DNA of 64,000 bases, taken from assembly GCA_964291215.2 (NCBI GenBank), contig OZ219791.1, positions 736,001-800,000 of the forward strand, in the 5' to 3' direction. This document shows positions 53,937-64,000 of the stretch, piece after piece (within the stretch, counting starts at the first letter, position 1; each line of letters opens with the position of its first letter). The position numbers and the translations under genes were made by a program. The stretch comes from Alphaproteobacteria bacterium. Its GTDB lineage: Bacteria; Pseudomonadota; Alphaproteobacteria; MPNO01; UBA830. A model generated the notes under the pieces. The model was not told the origin of the DNA, did not search any database, and saw only the letters and a list, made by a program, of their open reading frames with translations.

Positions 53937-54764
53937 GTGCAGCCGATCATCGCTTCTCTGGAAAACGACGGGCTCGTTCTCGCCGGAGCGGCGGCAGTCG
54001 CCCTGATTGTCGCCATGCTGGCCGCGTCGAGGTCACGGCGGAACCGCCGCGACCTCGAATCGGCCAAGGATTCCATCGACCAGGTCCGGAGCATGCTCGA
54101 GCGCATTTTCAATGCGCCGGGCGCAATGGGCGCGTTCGGCGAGTTCTTTCTTCAGGAACTGGTGGAAGACGTTCTGCCGCAGTCCAGCTACGAGTTTCAG
54201 GCCAGGCTCGGCAACGGCAGGATCGTCGACTGCCTTGTCGCCTTTTCCATGCCGCCGGGCCCGGTCGCCATAGACGCCAAGTTTCCGCTCGAGACCTACG
54301 AGGCGTATCGCAAGGATCCCGACGACAGGACCGCGCGGGGAAAGTTCGAGAGGGCGGTGCGCGGCCATGTCCGGGACATTGCGGAAAGATACATCGTTCG
54401 CGGAGAGACTGCGGAATGGGCGCTGATGTACGTGCCGTCCGAGGGTATTTTCGCCACGCTTCACTCGGTGCCCTTCAGGGACGTCGTGAGGGAAGCGCAC
54501 AGCCGTCGTGTCGGAATCGTGTCGCCCGCAACGACGATGGCCCTGCTCCAGACAGTCCGCGCCGTCATGCAGCATGCGCACATGGTGGAGCGCACCGATG
54601 ACGTTCTCGAGAAGCTCGGCATCATCGCCGGAGAAACCGACAAGCTCGAGTTGCGTGCCCGCGATCTTGAGAAGCAGTTCAACAATGCCAGGGAGACGCT
54701 GCAGAAGATCCTGACGCTGGTCGCGGCCATCCTGCGGCGGACGAGGACGATCGGGGACGAATGA
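53937..54764 (+). CDS. rmuC: DNA recombination protein RmuC
   Basis: GAFGE, IDAKFP and VSPAT motifs; divergent from def. Confidence 0.85.
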   Translation: MQPIIASLENDGLVLAGAAAVALIVAMLAASRSRRNRRDLESAKDSIDQVRSMLERIFNAPGAMGAFGEFFLQELVEDVLPQSSYEFQARLGNGRIVDCLVAFSMPPGPVAIDAKFPLETYEAYRKDPDDRTARGKFERAVRGHVRDIAERYIVRGETAEWALMYVPSEGIFATLHSVPFRDVVREAHSRRVGIVSPATTMALLQTVRAVMQHAHMVERTDDVLEKLGIIAGETDKLELRARDLEKQFNNARETLQKILTLVAAILRRTRTIGDE

Positions 54765-54822
54765 CCGCGGAGAGATGGCGCGGTCGAAGCAGACCGGAGA
54801 CCGCCACGGCGGACCGCCGGTC

Positions 54823-55434
54823 CTATGCCGGAAGGCGCGCCTTCATTGCCGTCAGCAGCGTTCCGTCATCGAGATAGTCCAGCTCGCCGCCGACGGGAAC
54901 ACCGTGCGCGAGCCGGGTGACTTTCGGAACCTGTTCGCCGGAGACAGGTGTCTTGGCAATCCGGTCCGCGACGTAGTGCGCCGTCGTCTGTCCATCGACG
55001 GTCGCCGATATGGCCAGGATTACCTCCTCGATGCCGCCCGCCGCGACGCGTTCAGCCAGCTGCGCGATCCGAAGGTCTTCCGGCCCGCGCCCGTCGAGCG
55101 CCGACAATACGCCGCCGAGCACGTGATAGACGCCGTCGAAGGACCCGGCGCGTTCGAGCGCCCAGACGTCTGCGACACCCTCGACGACGCAGACAATCGA
55201 CCGGTTCCGCCGCGGGTCCGTGCAGATGCCGCAGGTGTCGGCGGTATCGAGGTTGCCGCATACGCCGCAGTCCCGCACCGACCGTGCGGCGTCGCTCAGC
55301 GCTTGCGAGAGCGGATCGAGCAGGGTTTCCCGATGCCGAATCAGGTGAAGCGCCGCCCGCCGCGCCGAGCGCGGACCCAGCCCAGGAAGCCGGGCCAGCA
55401 ACCGGATCAGCTGTTCGATCTCGTTGGGGGCCAT
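54823..55434 (-). CDS. recR: Recombination protein RecR
   Basis: [12 protein letters not shown]4 zinc finger and LDYLDDGT. Confidence 0.96.
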   Translation of the reverse strand: MAPNEIEQLIRLLARLPGLGPRSARRAALHLIRHRETLLDPLSQALSDAARSVRDCGVCGNLDTADTCGICTDPRRNRSIVCVVEGVADVWALERAGSFDGVYHVLGGVLSALDGRGPEDLRIAQLAERVAAGGIEEVILAISATVDGQTTAHYVADRIAKTPVSGEQVPKVTRLAHGVPVGGELDYLDDGTLLTAMKARLPA

Positions 55435-55461
55435 GCGAAGCCGATGAATCCGTGCCGCAGG

Positions 55462-55782
55462 TCAGAACGGGAGGGGCATTCCCGGGATCTGCAGTCCGCC
55501 GGTGACCTTCGACATCTCCTCGGTCCTGTGATCCCTGGACTTGGCCGTGGCGTCGTTGAAGGCGGCAAGCACAAGATCCTCGATCACGCCCGCATCCCCG
55601 TCGCCGAGCAGTGCCGGATCGATCGTCACCTTGCGGGCGTCTCCGAGCCCGTTCACGATGACGGTGACCATTCCGCCGCCGGAGGAACCCGGGATTTCGG
55701 TGCCGGAGAGCCGTTCCGTGGCCTCTTCCATGCGCGCCTGCATGTCCTGAACCTGCTTCATCAGGTTGCCGATGTTCTTCAT
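55462..55782 (-). CDS. ybaB: YbaB/EbfC nucleoid-associated protein
   Basis: GGGMV and EDLVLAAFNDA; lies between dnaX and recR. Confidence 0.94.
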   Translation of the reverse strand: MKNIGNLMKQVQDMQARMEEATERLSGTEIPGSSGGGMVTVIVNGLGDARKVTIDPALLGDGDAGVIEDLVLAAFNDATAKSRDHRTEEMSKVTGGLQIPGMPLPF

Positions 55783-55783
55783 T

Positions 55784-57613
55784 CTATCCTCCGCCGGTAG
55801 ACATCGCGCCGGGGTAGTCGCCGAATTCGTCGTCCTCGTCGGGAAGGGGAACCGTTTCGGCGTCCGGCAGCCCGGCACCTGCCGGTGGCGGGACGTTTCT
55901 CACGTCCACGACCCTGGCATCCGGAAACGCTTCGAGTGCGGTTCTGACGATGGGGTGCTGCAATGCGGCGTCCTTGCGCTGTTTCTCCCGTCCTTCCCGC
56001 TGTTGGCTCAGCGGCAACTCCCCCTCTTCGGGGCTGTCCTCGACTGTCCATGGGCGGCCGGTCCATTCCGTAAGGCACTGGCTGACCTGCCTCGGGAGAA
56101 CGCGCGGCGCATCCTTGGTGAGCCTCAGGGAAATCTGTCCGACGGCGAACCGGACGAGGTGAACATTGTTCGCGAGGTAGGCATGGAGCAGCGGGGCGCC
56201 GTTGATCCGGAACAGGTCGACGGCCTGCTCGAAGGTCATCGGCAGGCTGTTGCGGTCGTCGACCGGCGGCACATCGAATTCGGAGTTCGCCGGAAGCGCC
56301 GGCTCGCGAGCTGGCGGCGGCCGGGCGTCCGCCTCCGGGGCGCCGGATGGTTCCGGAGCCGATGCCGGCCTTTCGGCGGCCGGCGCGGCGGCTCTGGCGC
56401 TGTCTCCGCCCGCGGCCGGAGCGGATGCGGCCCGGCCGCGCTGGTCGGCAAGGTCCCGCACGATCTTTTCCGGCGGTGGCAGGTCGGCAGCAAACGCGAT
56501 GCGCACGAGAACCATCTCCGCCGTCTGCGCCGCCGACATCGCGCCGCTTACTTCGCCTATGCCCTTGAGGAGCAGCTGCCAGGTTCGCGTCAGCACAGGG
56601 ATTTTCAGGCGTTCCGCGATTTCCCTGCCTCGCTTGAGATCAATGTCGGAGGCAGGAATGGCGCGTGACCCTTGCGGGGCCGCCTTCAGGCGGGTCAGCC
56701 AGTGGGTGATTTCGGCGAGGTCGCGCAGAATGACGAGCGGATCCGCGCCGGCAACGTACATGGCATCGAAACGCTCGAGCGCTGCGGCGATGTTGCCCTT
56801 CATGAGGTGCTCGAAGAGATCGAATATCTGGACATGCTCGGCGACGCCCAGCATGTCGCGCACGAGCTGTTCGCCGATCTCGGAATCGGGACCGGCATGG
56901 GCGATGGCCTGATCGAGCAGCGACAGCCCGTCTCGGACCGATCCGTCAGCGGCGCGGGTGATGAGGGAGATGGCGCCCGGCGTGACGCGGACATCCTCCT
57001 TGCCGGCGATCGCGGCGAAGTGATCCGCCAGGACGTCGAAATCCACGCGCCGCAGGTCAAAGCGCTGGCATCTGGACAGCACCGTGACCGGCACCTTCCG
57101 TATCTCCGTCGTCGCGAAGATGAACTTTATGTGTTCCGGCGGCTCCTCGAGCGTCTTGAGCAGCGCGTTGAAAGAACTGGTCGAGAGCATGTGCACTTCG
57201 TCGACGATGTAGATCTTGTAGCGGCCGGCCGCGGGGCGGTAGAGCACACCCTCCAGAAGTTCGCGCATCTCCGCGACGCCGGTGTGGCTGGCCGCGTCAA
57301 TCTCCATGACGTCGACATTTCGGTCTTCCGCGATCGACGCGCACTGGTCGCAAACGCCGCACGGCGTCGCGGTCGACCCTCCCTTGCCGTCCGGACCGAT
57401 GCAGTTGAGCATGCGCGCGATGATGCGCGCGGTCGTCGTCTTGCCGACACCGCGCACGCCGGTCAGCATGAATGCGTGGGCAAGGCGTCCGGCTGCGATC
57501 GCGTTGGACAGCGTGCGCACCATCGCGCCCTGGCCGATCAGCGTGGAGAAGTCACGTGGTCGATATTTGCGGGCGAGAACGCGGTAGGGCTGGACGTCTG
57601 TCTGTGAGGTCAT
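55784..57613 (-). CDS. dnaX: DNA polymerase III gamma/tau subunit
   Basis: LARKYRP, GVGKTT, DEVHML and SRC. Confidence 0.97.
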   Translation of the reverse strand: MTSQTDVQPYRVLARKYRPRDFSTLIGQGAMVRTLSNAIAAGRLAHAFMLTGVRGVGKTTTARIIARMLNCIGPDGKGGSTATPCGVCDQCASIAEDRNVDVMEIDAASHTGVAEMRELLEGVLYRPAAGRYKIYIVDEVHMLSTSSFNALLKTLEEPPEHIKFIFATTEIRKVPVTVLSRCQRFDLRRVDFDVLADHFAAIAGKEDVRVTPGAISLITRAADGSVRDGLSLLDQAIAHAGPDSEIGEQLVRDMLGVAEHVQIFDLFEHLMKGNIAAALERFDAMYVAGADPLVILRDLAEITHWLTRLKAAPQGSRAIPASDIDLKRGREIAERLKIPVLTRTWQLLLKGIGEVSGAMSAAQTAEMVLVRIAFAADLPPPEKIVRDLADQRGRAASAPAAGGDSARAAAPAAERPASAPEPSGAPEADARPPPAREPALPANSEFDVPPVDDRNSLPMTFEQAVDLFRINGAPLLHAYLANNVHLVRFAVGQISLRLTKDAPRVLPRQVSQCLTEWTGRPWTVEDSPEEGELPLSQQREGREKQRKDAALQHPIVRTALEAFPDARVVDVRNVPPPAGAGLPDAETVPLPDEDDEFGDYPGAMSTGGG

Positions 57614-57668
57614 CAGCTGGCGTCTCTGGTCATCGGCGTCGACCGACGGATGGCTGCGCCGGCGGAGC

Positions 57669-57767
57669 GGGAGACCGGCGATATGCGACCCGGGAAGAAC
57701 TCGTTACGGCTGCTTCCTTCCGGACCTGACCGGGTTGGCGAGTTTCCCGTCCGCAGCCAGCCTCCCG
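57669..57767 (-). ncRNA. ffs: Signal recognition particle RNA (4.5S)
   Basis: GTCAGGTCCGGAAGGAAGCAGC core; terminal complementarity; upstream of dnaX. Confidence 0.96.
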
Positions 57768-57819
57768 GGCGAGATATACCATGATCGTGACCGCGCCAAA
57801 ACCATGATGTCGGGTCGGC

Positions 57820-58011
57820 CACGACGATCCCACGCTGCTAATCCAGCGGCGATCGGCGAGATTTTTCGGTCTGCGTCGCGCTGCAATCGTGCCGCCAAGG
57901 CTCAATGAGACCTTCTCGGCGCGAAAAATTGCGATCAAGAGGCGATCTGTGATGACGCGAGCCCCAACGCACTCGGATTTCGCGTCTCGGAATCGGCATG
58001 GGATCGCCGTG
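57820..58011. mobile_element. MITE copy 1 (192 bp)
   Basis: IRs CACGACGATCCCA and TGGGATCGCCGTG; 9-bp TSD CGGGTCGGC. Confidence 0.9.
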
Positions 58012-58066
58012 CGGGTCGGCTGGCGGTGCGCATGTGCCACGACGAGAGCGGTCGCGCGGTGGGTGT

Positions 58067-59182
58067 TCAGGTGGTTCCCGCCGCCTCTATATGGACATGG
58101 ACGGCTTCCGGCCCGTCCTGGATCTCGCGGCCGAGGACCCGGATTGCGGTATCGGCGTTGTCCACGGGGTAATGGTGGGTGCAGAGTTTCTGCAGCGTGT
58201 CGGCCTTGCGACGAATGACGTCGATGGCCTTTTCGACCGAGGACCAGCTCGAAGATAGGACGCCGAGCATCGAGATTTCCTTGGTGATCAGCTTGTCGGA
58301 GACGAAATCCGGAATCGGCCTGGAACTCTTGAGGCCGGCGACCACGACCTTGCCGCCCGGGCGCACCATCTCGATGGCTTGGGTGATCGGTTCGGTGGAG
58401 AACGCCGAGACATCGACGACGATATCGGCGAGTCTTCCGTCCGTGGCTTCAACAACCCGTTCCACGGGATCGTCGTCCTCGACAATGATCGTTTTGTCGG
58501 CGCCGAGTTCACGCGCCAGCGAAAGGCGAAACGTGTCCTGGCGCGTGCCGGTGACGATGATCTTGCCGGCGCCGGCCTCGCGCGCCGCGACCACCGAGAG
58601 CAGGCCGCGCTGGCCCGGACCCTCAATGACGACGGTGTCGCCGATTCCGGTTTCGGGGCGTTCCACGGCCCAGCGCACGGCGTTGGACATGGGATTGAAC
58701 AGGCTCATGATGTCGGTCGGAACGTCCGCCGGTGCCTTGTGAAGGGTCGTCTGCGGATGCAGGTACATGTGGGTCGCATACCCGCCCCAGAGATGCGGCG
58801 GGTTCTCGTAGCCCATGCGGAGGCCGTAGCCCATGCCGTTCCGGCACAGCACCGGGCGGCCGACCTGGCACTGGAAGCACTGGCCGCAGGGGATCGAGGC
58901 TTCCACCGTCACGCGGTCGCCTTCCTTCACCCCCCACCGTCTCGCGGCCTCCGGGCCGATCTTGTCGATCCATCCGAGAATCTCGTGGCCCGGGATGATG
59001 GGCCGCACCGACCAGGGTGTGTTGTCGAGATGGCCCAGATACTGTTCCCAGTCGGTTCCGCACAGGCCGGCGGCCTCGACACGGAGAATTCCCGAATCCT
59101 TGTCGATTTCCGGAATGTCCACTTCCCGATAATCGAATGTCCGTGGATCGGTCAGTACCGCCACCTTGGCCTTTTCCGTCAT
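58067..59182 (-). CDS. Zn-dependent alcohol dehydrogenase (MDR family)
   Basis: GLCGTD, GHE, CGQCFQC and GPGQRG. Confidence 0.92.
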   Translation of the reverse strand: MTEKAKVAVLTDPRTFDYREVDIPEIDKDSGILRVEAAGLCGTDWEQYLGHLDNTPWSVRPIIPGHEILGWIDKIGPEAARRWGVKEGDRVTVEASIPCGQCFQCQVGRPVLCRNGMGYGLRMGYENPPHLWGGYATHMYLHPQTTLHKAPADVPTDIMSLFNPMSNAVRWAVERPETGIGDTVVIEGPGQRGLLSVVAAREAGAGKIIVTGTRQDTFRLSLARELGADKTIIVEDDDPVERVVEATDGRLADIVVDVSAFSTEPITQAIEMVRPGGKVVVAGLKSSRPIPDFVSDKLITKEISMLGVLSSSWSSVEKAIDVIRRKADTLQKLCTHHYPVDNADTAIRVLGREIQDGPEAVHVHIEAAGTT

Positions 59183-59273
59183 CGCATCCTCCGGGGAAGC
59201 CGTTGTCGGCGTTCGTCCCGTTGGAAACTTTGCCACCGGCGCTGCGGCCGCACAAGCTACTGGCGCCCACCAG

Positions 59274-59465
59274 CACGACGATCCCACGCTGCCAATCCAG
59301 CGGCGACCGGCGAGATTTTTCGGTCTGCGTCGCGCTGCAATCGTGCCGCCAAGGCTCAATGAGACCTTCTCGGCGCGAAAAATTGCGATCAAGGGGCGAT
59401 CTGTGATGACGCGAGCCCCAACGCACTCGGATTTCGCGTCTCGGAATCAGCATGGGATCACCGTG
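59274..59465. mobile_element. MITE copy 2 (192 bp)
   Basis: Near-identical to copy 1; 9-bp TSD GCCCACCAG. Confidence 0.9.
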
Positions 59466-59564
59466 GCCCACCAGCGGGCCTGCGTGATCGGCCGACAACG
59501 CGCACCGGGGGCGGGCGCGTCGTGGAGCCGTTCGTCGCCGGGCTTCCGCGCCGTCTGGTCCGGT

Positions 59565-60053
59565 TCAGGCCTGGGCGTGGGCCTCCACGAGCCACAGGTT
59601 CTTGTCGATGTCGCGGGAGACGCCGGTAAACAGATCCTCGGTGTCGGCATCGCCGGTCTCTCCCGCCTTCGCGATCGCTTCGCGAACCGCCTTGCCAAAG
59701 CAGGCGAGCGCCGTGCTGACGGCTTCGACATGGTCGGCGCCGTCGTGGATCTCCGAGGGCCATGGCGGGAGTGTCGAATCGGTAGCGGCCGTCGCGGCCG
59801 TGCCCTGCGCCGTTCCGCCGAGCGCCGTCACGCGTTCGGCAATGTCGTCGACATGGACCAGGATGGCGCCGTGCACCGTGTCGAAAAGTTCATGCAGGGC
59901 AATGAAGTTCGGACCCCTGACATTCCAGTGAGCCTGCTTCATCCGGGTGGCAAGGTCGACGGCATCGGCAAGGCGGGCATTGAGAAGTCCGACCAGCGCC
60001 GCGCGAGCGTTCTCGGGAATGTCGATCTTTGTCGGGTGCAGTTTTGGCAACAT
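59565..60053 (-). CDS. dps: DNA starvation/stationary phase protection protein
   Basis: KQAHWNVRG, LHELFD and DDIAER. Confidence 0.95.
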   Translation of the reverse strand: MLPKLHPTKIDIPENARAALVGLLNARLADAVDLATRMKQAHWNVRGPNFIALHELFDTVHGAILVHVDDIAERVTALGGTAQGTAATAATDSTLPPWPSEIHDGADHVEAVSTALACFGKAVREAIAKAGETGDADTEDLFTGVSRDIDKNLWLVEAHAQA

Positions 60054-60124
60054 GACTCATCTCCTACATTGGAATGATTCCAATATAGGAGATGCGCCCG
60101 GTTTTTCAAGGGGCGCGTGAAATC

Positions 60125-60574
60125 CTAGACGCCGAGCCCCGGCGCCTCGAAAGGCGTGAAAGTCTCCGGAGTTACCCCTTCAGCCGCTGCGTCGAAAGCC
60201 ACTTCGACCAGTACCCCGTTGGGGTCGTGGAAGAACACCTGGACCAGTTGTCCGCTGGCGGCGAGCCTCTTGCAGTACTGCACATTGTGTTTCCTGAGCG
60301 TTTCTTCCGTGCCCTCCAGGTCATGGGCCGAAAGTCCGATATGGTCGAGGCCGTCGCCCATGCCCTCCGCAACCGTTCGCCGTTCGCTCTCGTCCTCGCT
60401 TGGCGAGAGATGAACGATGGCGACATCTCCGCAATAGAGCCAGTAGCCGTGATTGGGGAATTCGGGCCGGAAACCGACCTTGAGGCCCACCACGTCCACG
60501 AAGAAATCCCTAGTTTCCTCCATCAACAGGGTCCGGATATTGATATGATTGAGCTCGTCGACCGCCATTGTCAT
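60125..60574 (-). CDS. VOC/glyoxalase family protein
   Basis: LNHINI, LDHIG and FFHDPNGVLVE. Confidence 0.88.
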   Translation of the reverse strand: MTMAVDELNHINIRTLLMEETRDFFVDVVGLKVGFRPEFPNHGYWLYCGDVAIVHLSPSEDESERRTVAEGMGDGLDHIGLSAHDLEGTEETLRKHNVQYCKRLAASGQLVQVFFHDPNGVLVEVAFDAAAEGVTPETFTPFEAPGLGV

Positions 60575-60781
60575 ATCCTCCTGCCTGAAGACCGCGGCCG
60601 AACCGGTTTCCGGGCCCGCGGAACTGTCCGGAATTGTGCCTGCTTCATGATTGCGAGACAACCCCGTTTCCGTTCCCGAAACGGCGACCCGGGGAGGCGC
60701 GACATCGTGCCGTGTGCGGTGGACGGGCGGCGCTTCGGTTCGAGCATGCGGCACCGGGGATGTCGGCTCCCCGGGAGAGGG

Positions 60782-60973
60782 CGCGCTGATCCCAGTTTAA
60801 TTCGGAGACTCGAAATCCGAGTGCGTTGGGGCTCGCGTCATTACAGATCGCCCCTTGATCGCAATTTTTGGTGCCGAGAAGGCTTCATCGAGCCTTGGCG
60901 GCACGATTGCAGCGCGACGCAGACCGAAAAATCTTGCCAGTCGCCGCTGGACTAGCAGCGTCGGATAGCGGTG
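60782..60973. mobile_element. MITE copy 3 (inverted, diverged)
   Basis: Reverse-complement homology to copies 1 and 2; eroded IRs; GGAGAGG on both flanks. Confidence 0.8.
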
Positions 60974-61026
60974 GGAGAGGAGCAGGGATGTCGACCTGCC
61001 GGCTCCGATGTCCTATAGTCGCGGAC

Positions 61027-61992
61027 ATGCTTGATCATTACGATGCCCCGCCTGCCGGGGACTCGCCTCTGCCTTCCAAGTTCGGCGACCCGCACTGCAC
61101 CGCAAGCGGCGAAGTCCGGGCCAAGGTCGCGTTGACGAGGCTGGATACGCTCTGGTTCAACACCGGCACGCTCTGCAACCTGACCTGCGCCGGCTGCTAC
61201 ATCGAATCAAGTCCGCTCAACGACCGCCTGTCCTATATCTCGGTCGGTGATGTCCGGGCCTATCTCGACGAGATCGTGGATGAGGGCCTTGGCACACGGG
61301 AGATCGGGTTCACCGGCGGCGAACCCTTCATGAATCCCGAGATCATCGAGATTCTCGACCTTACGCTGGACCGGGGTTTCGAGGCGCTGGTGCTGACCAA
61401 CGCGATGAAGCCGATGTGGAAGCGGCGTGACGAGCTGCTCCGGCTGCGCGATGCCTACGGCGACATGCTGTGCCTGCGCGTATCGATCGATCATCACGAC
61501 CGGGCCCGGCACGAAGCCGAACGTGGCCCGCAGAGCTGGCAGCCGATGATCGACGGCCTTGTCTGGCTTTCGTCGCACGGTTTTCGCATCACCATCGCCG
61601 GCCGCACCTTCGACGGAGAGAGCGAGGATGCGCTCCGTGCCGGCTATGTGCGGCTGTTCGCCCGGCTGGGGGTCGGAAGCGATGCCCGGAACCCGGCCGA
61701 TCTGGTGCTCTTCCCGGAAATGGAAGACGGCGCCGATGTCCCCGAGATCACCACCGGCTGCTGGGATCTCCTCGAGGTCTCGCCGGATGCGATGATGTGC
61801 GCGAACTCGCGGATGGTGGTCAGGCGCAAGGGGGCCGACGGTCCGGTGGTGGTGCCGTGCACGCTGCTGCCCTACGGCCAGGAGTTCGAGATGGGCACGA
61901 CACTCGCCGCGGCTTCGGGAAGCGTTCCCCTGAACCACCCCTACTGTGCAAGCTTCTGCGTGCTCGGCGGAGGACGCTGTACCGGCGCGTGA
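61027..61992 (+). CDS. Radical SAM protein
   Basis: CNLTCAGC, FTGGEP and C-terminal CxxFC. Confidence 0.92.
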   Translation: MLDHYDAPPAGDSPLPSKFGDPHCTASGEVRAKVALTRLDTLWFNTGTLCNLTCAGCYIESSPLNDRLSYISVGDVRAYLDEIVDEGLGTREIGFTGGEPFMNPEIIEILDLTLDRGFEALVLTNAMKPMWKRRDELLRLRDAYGDMLCLRVSIDHHDRARHEAERGPQSWQPMIDGLVWLSSHGFRITIAGRTFDGESEDALRAGYVRLFARLGVGSDARNPADLVLFPEMEDGADVPEITTGCWDLLEVSPDAMMCANSRMVVRRKGADGPVVVPCTLLPYGQEFEMGTTLAAASGSVPLNHPYCASFCVLGGGRCTGA

Positions 61993-62010
61993 CCGTCGGG
62001 CTCCCGAAGC

Positions 62011-62718
62011 CTACAGGTTGGCGGCGAGCCAGGCAGCCATCTTTGCAAACGAATCGGAGGTTGCGGCGGCGCGGTAGCCGGCCGGGTTCGTGAAGTTCTG
62101 GAACGCGTGCCCGCAGCCATCATAGGCATGGAACTCGTGGATCACGCCAAGCTCGGTCAACCTCCTGTCGATCCTTGCGACATCCTCGGGAGACGGATTC
62201 TCGTCGTCATTTCCGAAGAAGCCGATGACCGGCCCGCGAAGCCGGTCAAGCTTCTCGAACGGCGTCGTGTCGCCATTGCCCCAGAGCCGGAACATGTTGC
62301 CGCCGTAATAGACGACATTGGCCTTGAATGCCGGGATCTCGCTCGCTCCCAGGAACGACACCCGTCCACCCATGCAGTGGCCGGCGATGACCACGCGGCC
62401 ACTATCGACCGTACCGAGTTCGTCGAGCCAATCGACGGCGGCTTGCAGGTCGGCGACGATCTCGATGTCGTCGAGCCGAGCCAGGGATTCGCGGGTGTCC
62501 TCGCCCTCGGGGCGCCGGTGGTGCAGGTCGGGTGCGACGGTGGCATAGCCGAGTCCTGCAAGATCCTGGACGAACTTGGTGGTGGCGACGTCCAGGCCCG
62601 CGCGGTGATGCGCCACGACGACCGCAGGGAAGGGGCCGGTTCCGGCCGGGAGGTCGACGAAGATCCGCATGTCGTTGCCGTCGACGGTTGTCATCCTGTA
62701 GGTCGCATTCGAGCTCAT
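62011..62718 (-). CDS. Dienelactone hydrolase family protein
   Basis: GHCMGG and GHAF. Confidence 0.9.
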   Translation of the reverse strand: MSSNATYRMTTVDGNDMRIFVDLPAGTGPFPAVVVAHHRAGLDVATTKFVQDLAGLGYATVAPDLHHRRPEGEDTRESLARLDDIEIVADLQAAVDWLDELGTVDSGRVVIAGHCMGGRVSFLGASEIPAFKANVVYYGGNMFRLWGNGDTTPFEKLDRLRGPVIGFFGNDDENPSPEDVARIDRRLTELGVIHEFHAYDGCGHAFQNFTNPAGYRAAATSDSFAKMAAWLAANL

Positions 62719-62727
62719 GGCTGATCC

Positions 62728-63708
62728 TCACGCGGTGTCCGCGCGCTCGCGGACACGGGGTTTCTGGCGCAGTTTCATATCGCGTTTCTCGCGGGTGAGC
62801 GGCTGGGCTTTCGAACGCTTGAGCCCGTCCGCCAGCATCCACTCGGCGAAGGTTTCGGGCGCTGGATCCCAGTGTCCGGGCGTCCAGTTCTCGGTCAGGA
62901 AATCCTCGTCGCAGAAGTACTCGGTGGTGCCGCCGGCCGAACAGTCGAAATACCAGAAATAGCAGGACGAAATATGATGGCGGCCCGGCCCCACCTGGAC
63001 CTTGTGACCCCGGTTCTGGAAATAGGTGCCGCCGGCGAAGAGTTCGTGCACATCCTGCACGCCGAAGGCGACATGGTTAATTGCAGGCCTGCCGTCGGCG
63101 CTTTCGAGATAGAACAGGTTGTGGTGCCCGCCGCGGGGTGCAGCGCACAGGAACACGCCGCGGCCCGTGTAGTAGTCGGAGACGTGAAAGTCCAGCCGCT
63201 CGGTATAGAAGGCTTCCATCTTTCCGATGTCGGGCGCCATGAACACGCAATGGCCGATATGGCTCGGGCGGGCGCGCTCGTGGTAGGTGGCGCGGGCATC
63301 CACACGGTCCGGCGTAGCCAAAGAATTCATCGGCTGGCGCCCGTCCCGAACACGCTTGCGGACGGTGTTGCGGAATGCGATCCCGAGATCGTCGGTGGAA
63401 TGGATGACGCCGTCGTCGTCGACCGTCACCTTACGGTCCCGCGCAAGTTCCCTCGCGATGCGCCGGAGATCCGCCTTCGACGTTGCGCCCCAGACGATCT
63501 CGCGAACCATCGATCCCCTCTGGATGGCCTTGGGCAGCGTCTTGTCGGTTCGGGACCGGAGAACGGCTTCACAGCCGTCCTCGGTGAGGAAGACGGCGGC
63601 ATCGGCCGATGACGAAGTCTCCCGGAGGCCCCAGTCGGTGAAGTGCTGCCGGCTTTTTTCCATGTTCGAGACACCGTAGACGACAGCGTCGATCCCAGTG
63701 AGTGCCAT
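62728..63708 (-). CDS. VOC-family extradiol dioxygenase-like protein
   Basis: IGHCVF, HHNL, NHVAF and GPGRH...YF...E. Confidence 0.85.
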   Translation of the reverse strand: MALTGIDAVVYGVSNMEKSRQHFTDWGLRETSSSADAAVFLTEDGCEAVLRSRTDKTLPKAIQRGSMVREIVWGATSKADLRRIARELARDRKVTVDDDGVIHSTDDLGIAFRNTVRKRVRDGRQPMNSLATPDRVDARATYHERARPSHIGHCVFMAPDIGKMEAFYTERLDFHVSDYYTGRGVFLCAAPRGGHHNLFYLESADGRPAINHVAFGVQDVHELFAGGTYFQNRGHKVQVGPGRHHISSCYFWYFDCSAGGTTEYFCDEDFLTENWTPGHWDPAPETFAEWMLADGLKRSKAQPLTREKRDMKLRQKPRVRERADTA

Positions 63709-63842
63709 GTCCTGTCCTCCGTCGGCGGCAGGGGGATGGCGTACACAAAAACTCTACTAGCGGGGTGGTTGCGGATCAACCCGGGCGATACAGGACCATT
63801 CTGTTGTCGCGATCGGCGGCGGACAACCGTGTCAGAGTGGCC

Positions 63843-63973
63843 GTTCTTGAAGTTGGTGGCACCGTCTCAAGGTCGGAACCGGCATATCGACAACGAAATC
63901 CGCTCCCGAATGGACCTCCAGATCTGCCTACAACGCCCCTCGTCGGACGAAACCGGACAAAAAAGAGCCCTGC
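63843..63973. repeat. ~130-bp repeat, inverted copy of 50882-51014 (IS end remnant)
   Basis: Near-identical reverse complement. Confidence 0.85.
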
Positions 63974-64000
63974 CGGGCGATGCGGCCGGGCCGTCCGTAT

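Noticed and set aside
57820-59465. Composite transposon of two MITEs carrying the alcohol dehydrogenase gene
   Set aside because: Each MITE has its own distinct 9-bp TSD, so they inserted independently.
1-64000. CRISPR array, tRNA or rRNA
   Set aside because: No regularly spaced short repeats or cloverleaf/rRNA signatures were seen.

Overview
GC-rich bacterial window, probably alphaproteobacterial (inferred from the rpmH-rnpA-yidD-yidC-engB, argB-dapD-dapE, def-fmt-truA and dnaX-ybaB-recR blocks). About 1-26.3 kb is an accessory island of nested, mostly eroded mobile elements: four group II intron copies, IS66, IS110, nested IS630s, an IS256 remnant and an intact IS21. These surround a largely intact putative defence locus at 8.7-18.4 kb. 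On the minus strand it carries a ubiquitin-like protein, an E2-like protein and a JAB-E1 fusion (translationally coupled), then an OLD nuclease plus UvrD helicase (Gabija-like), then three uncharacterised genes that appear to be mutual paralogues. An HTH-metallopeptidase and a nonsense-interrupted PIN gene are divergent from this locus. About 26.5-64 kb is core and metabolic genome: arg genes, a Liv-type ABC transporter with aromatic oxygenases, translation and replication genes, SRP RNA, dps and a radical SAM gene, plus three copies of a ~192 bp MITE. All calls come from motif reading, without database searches.
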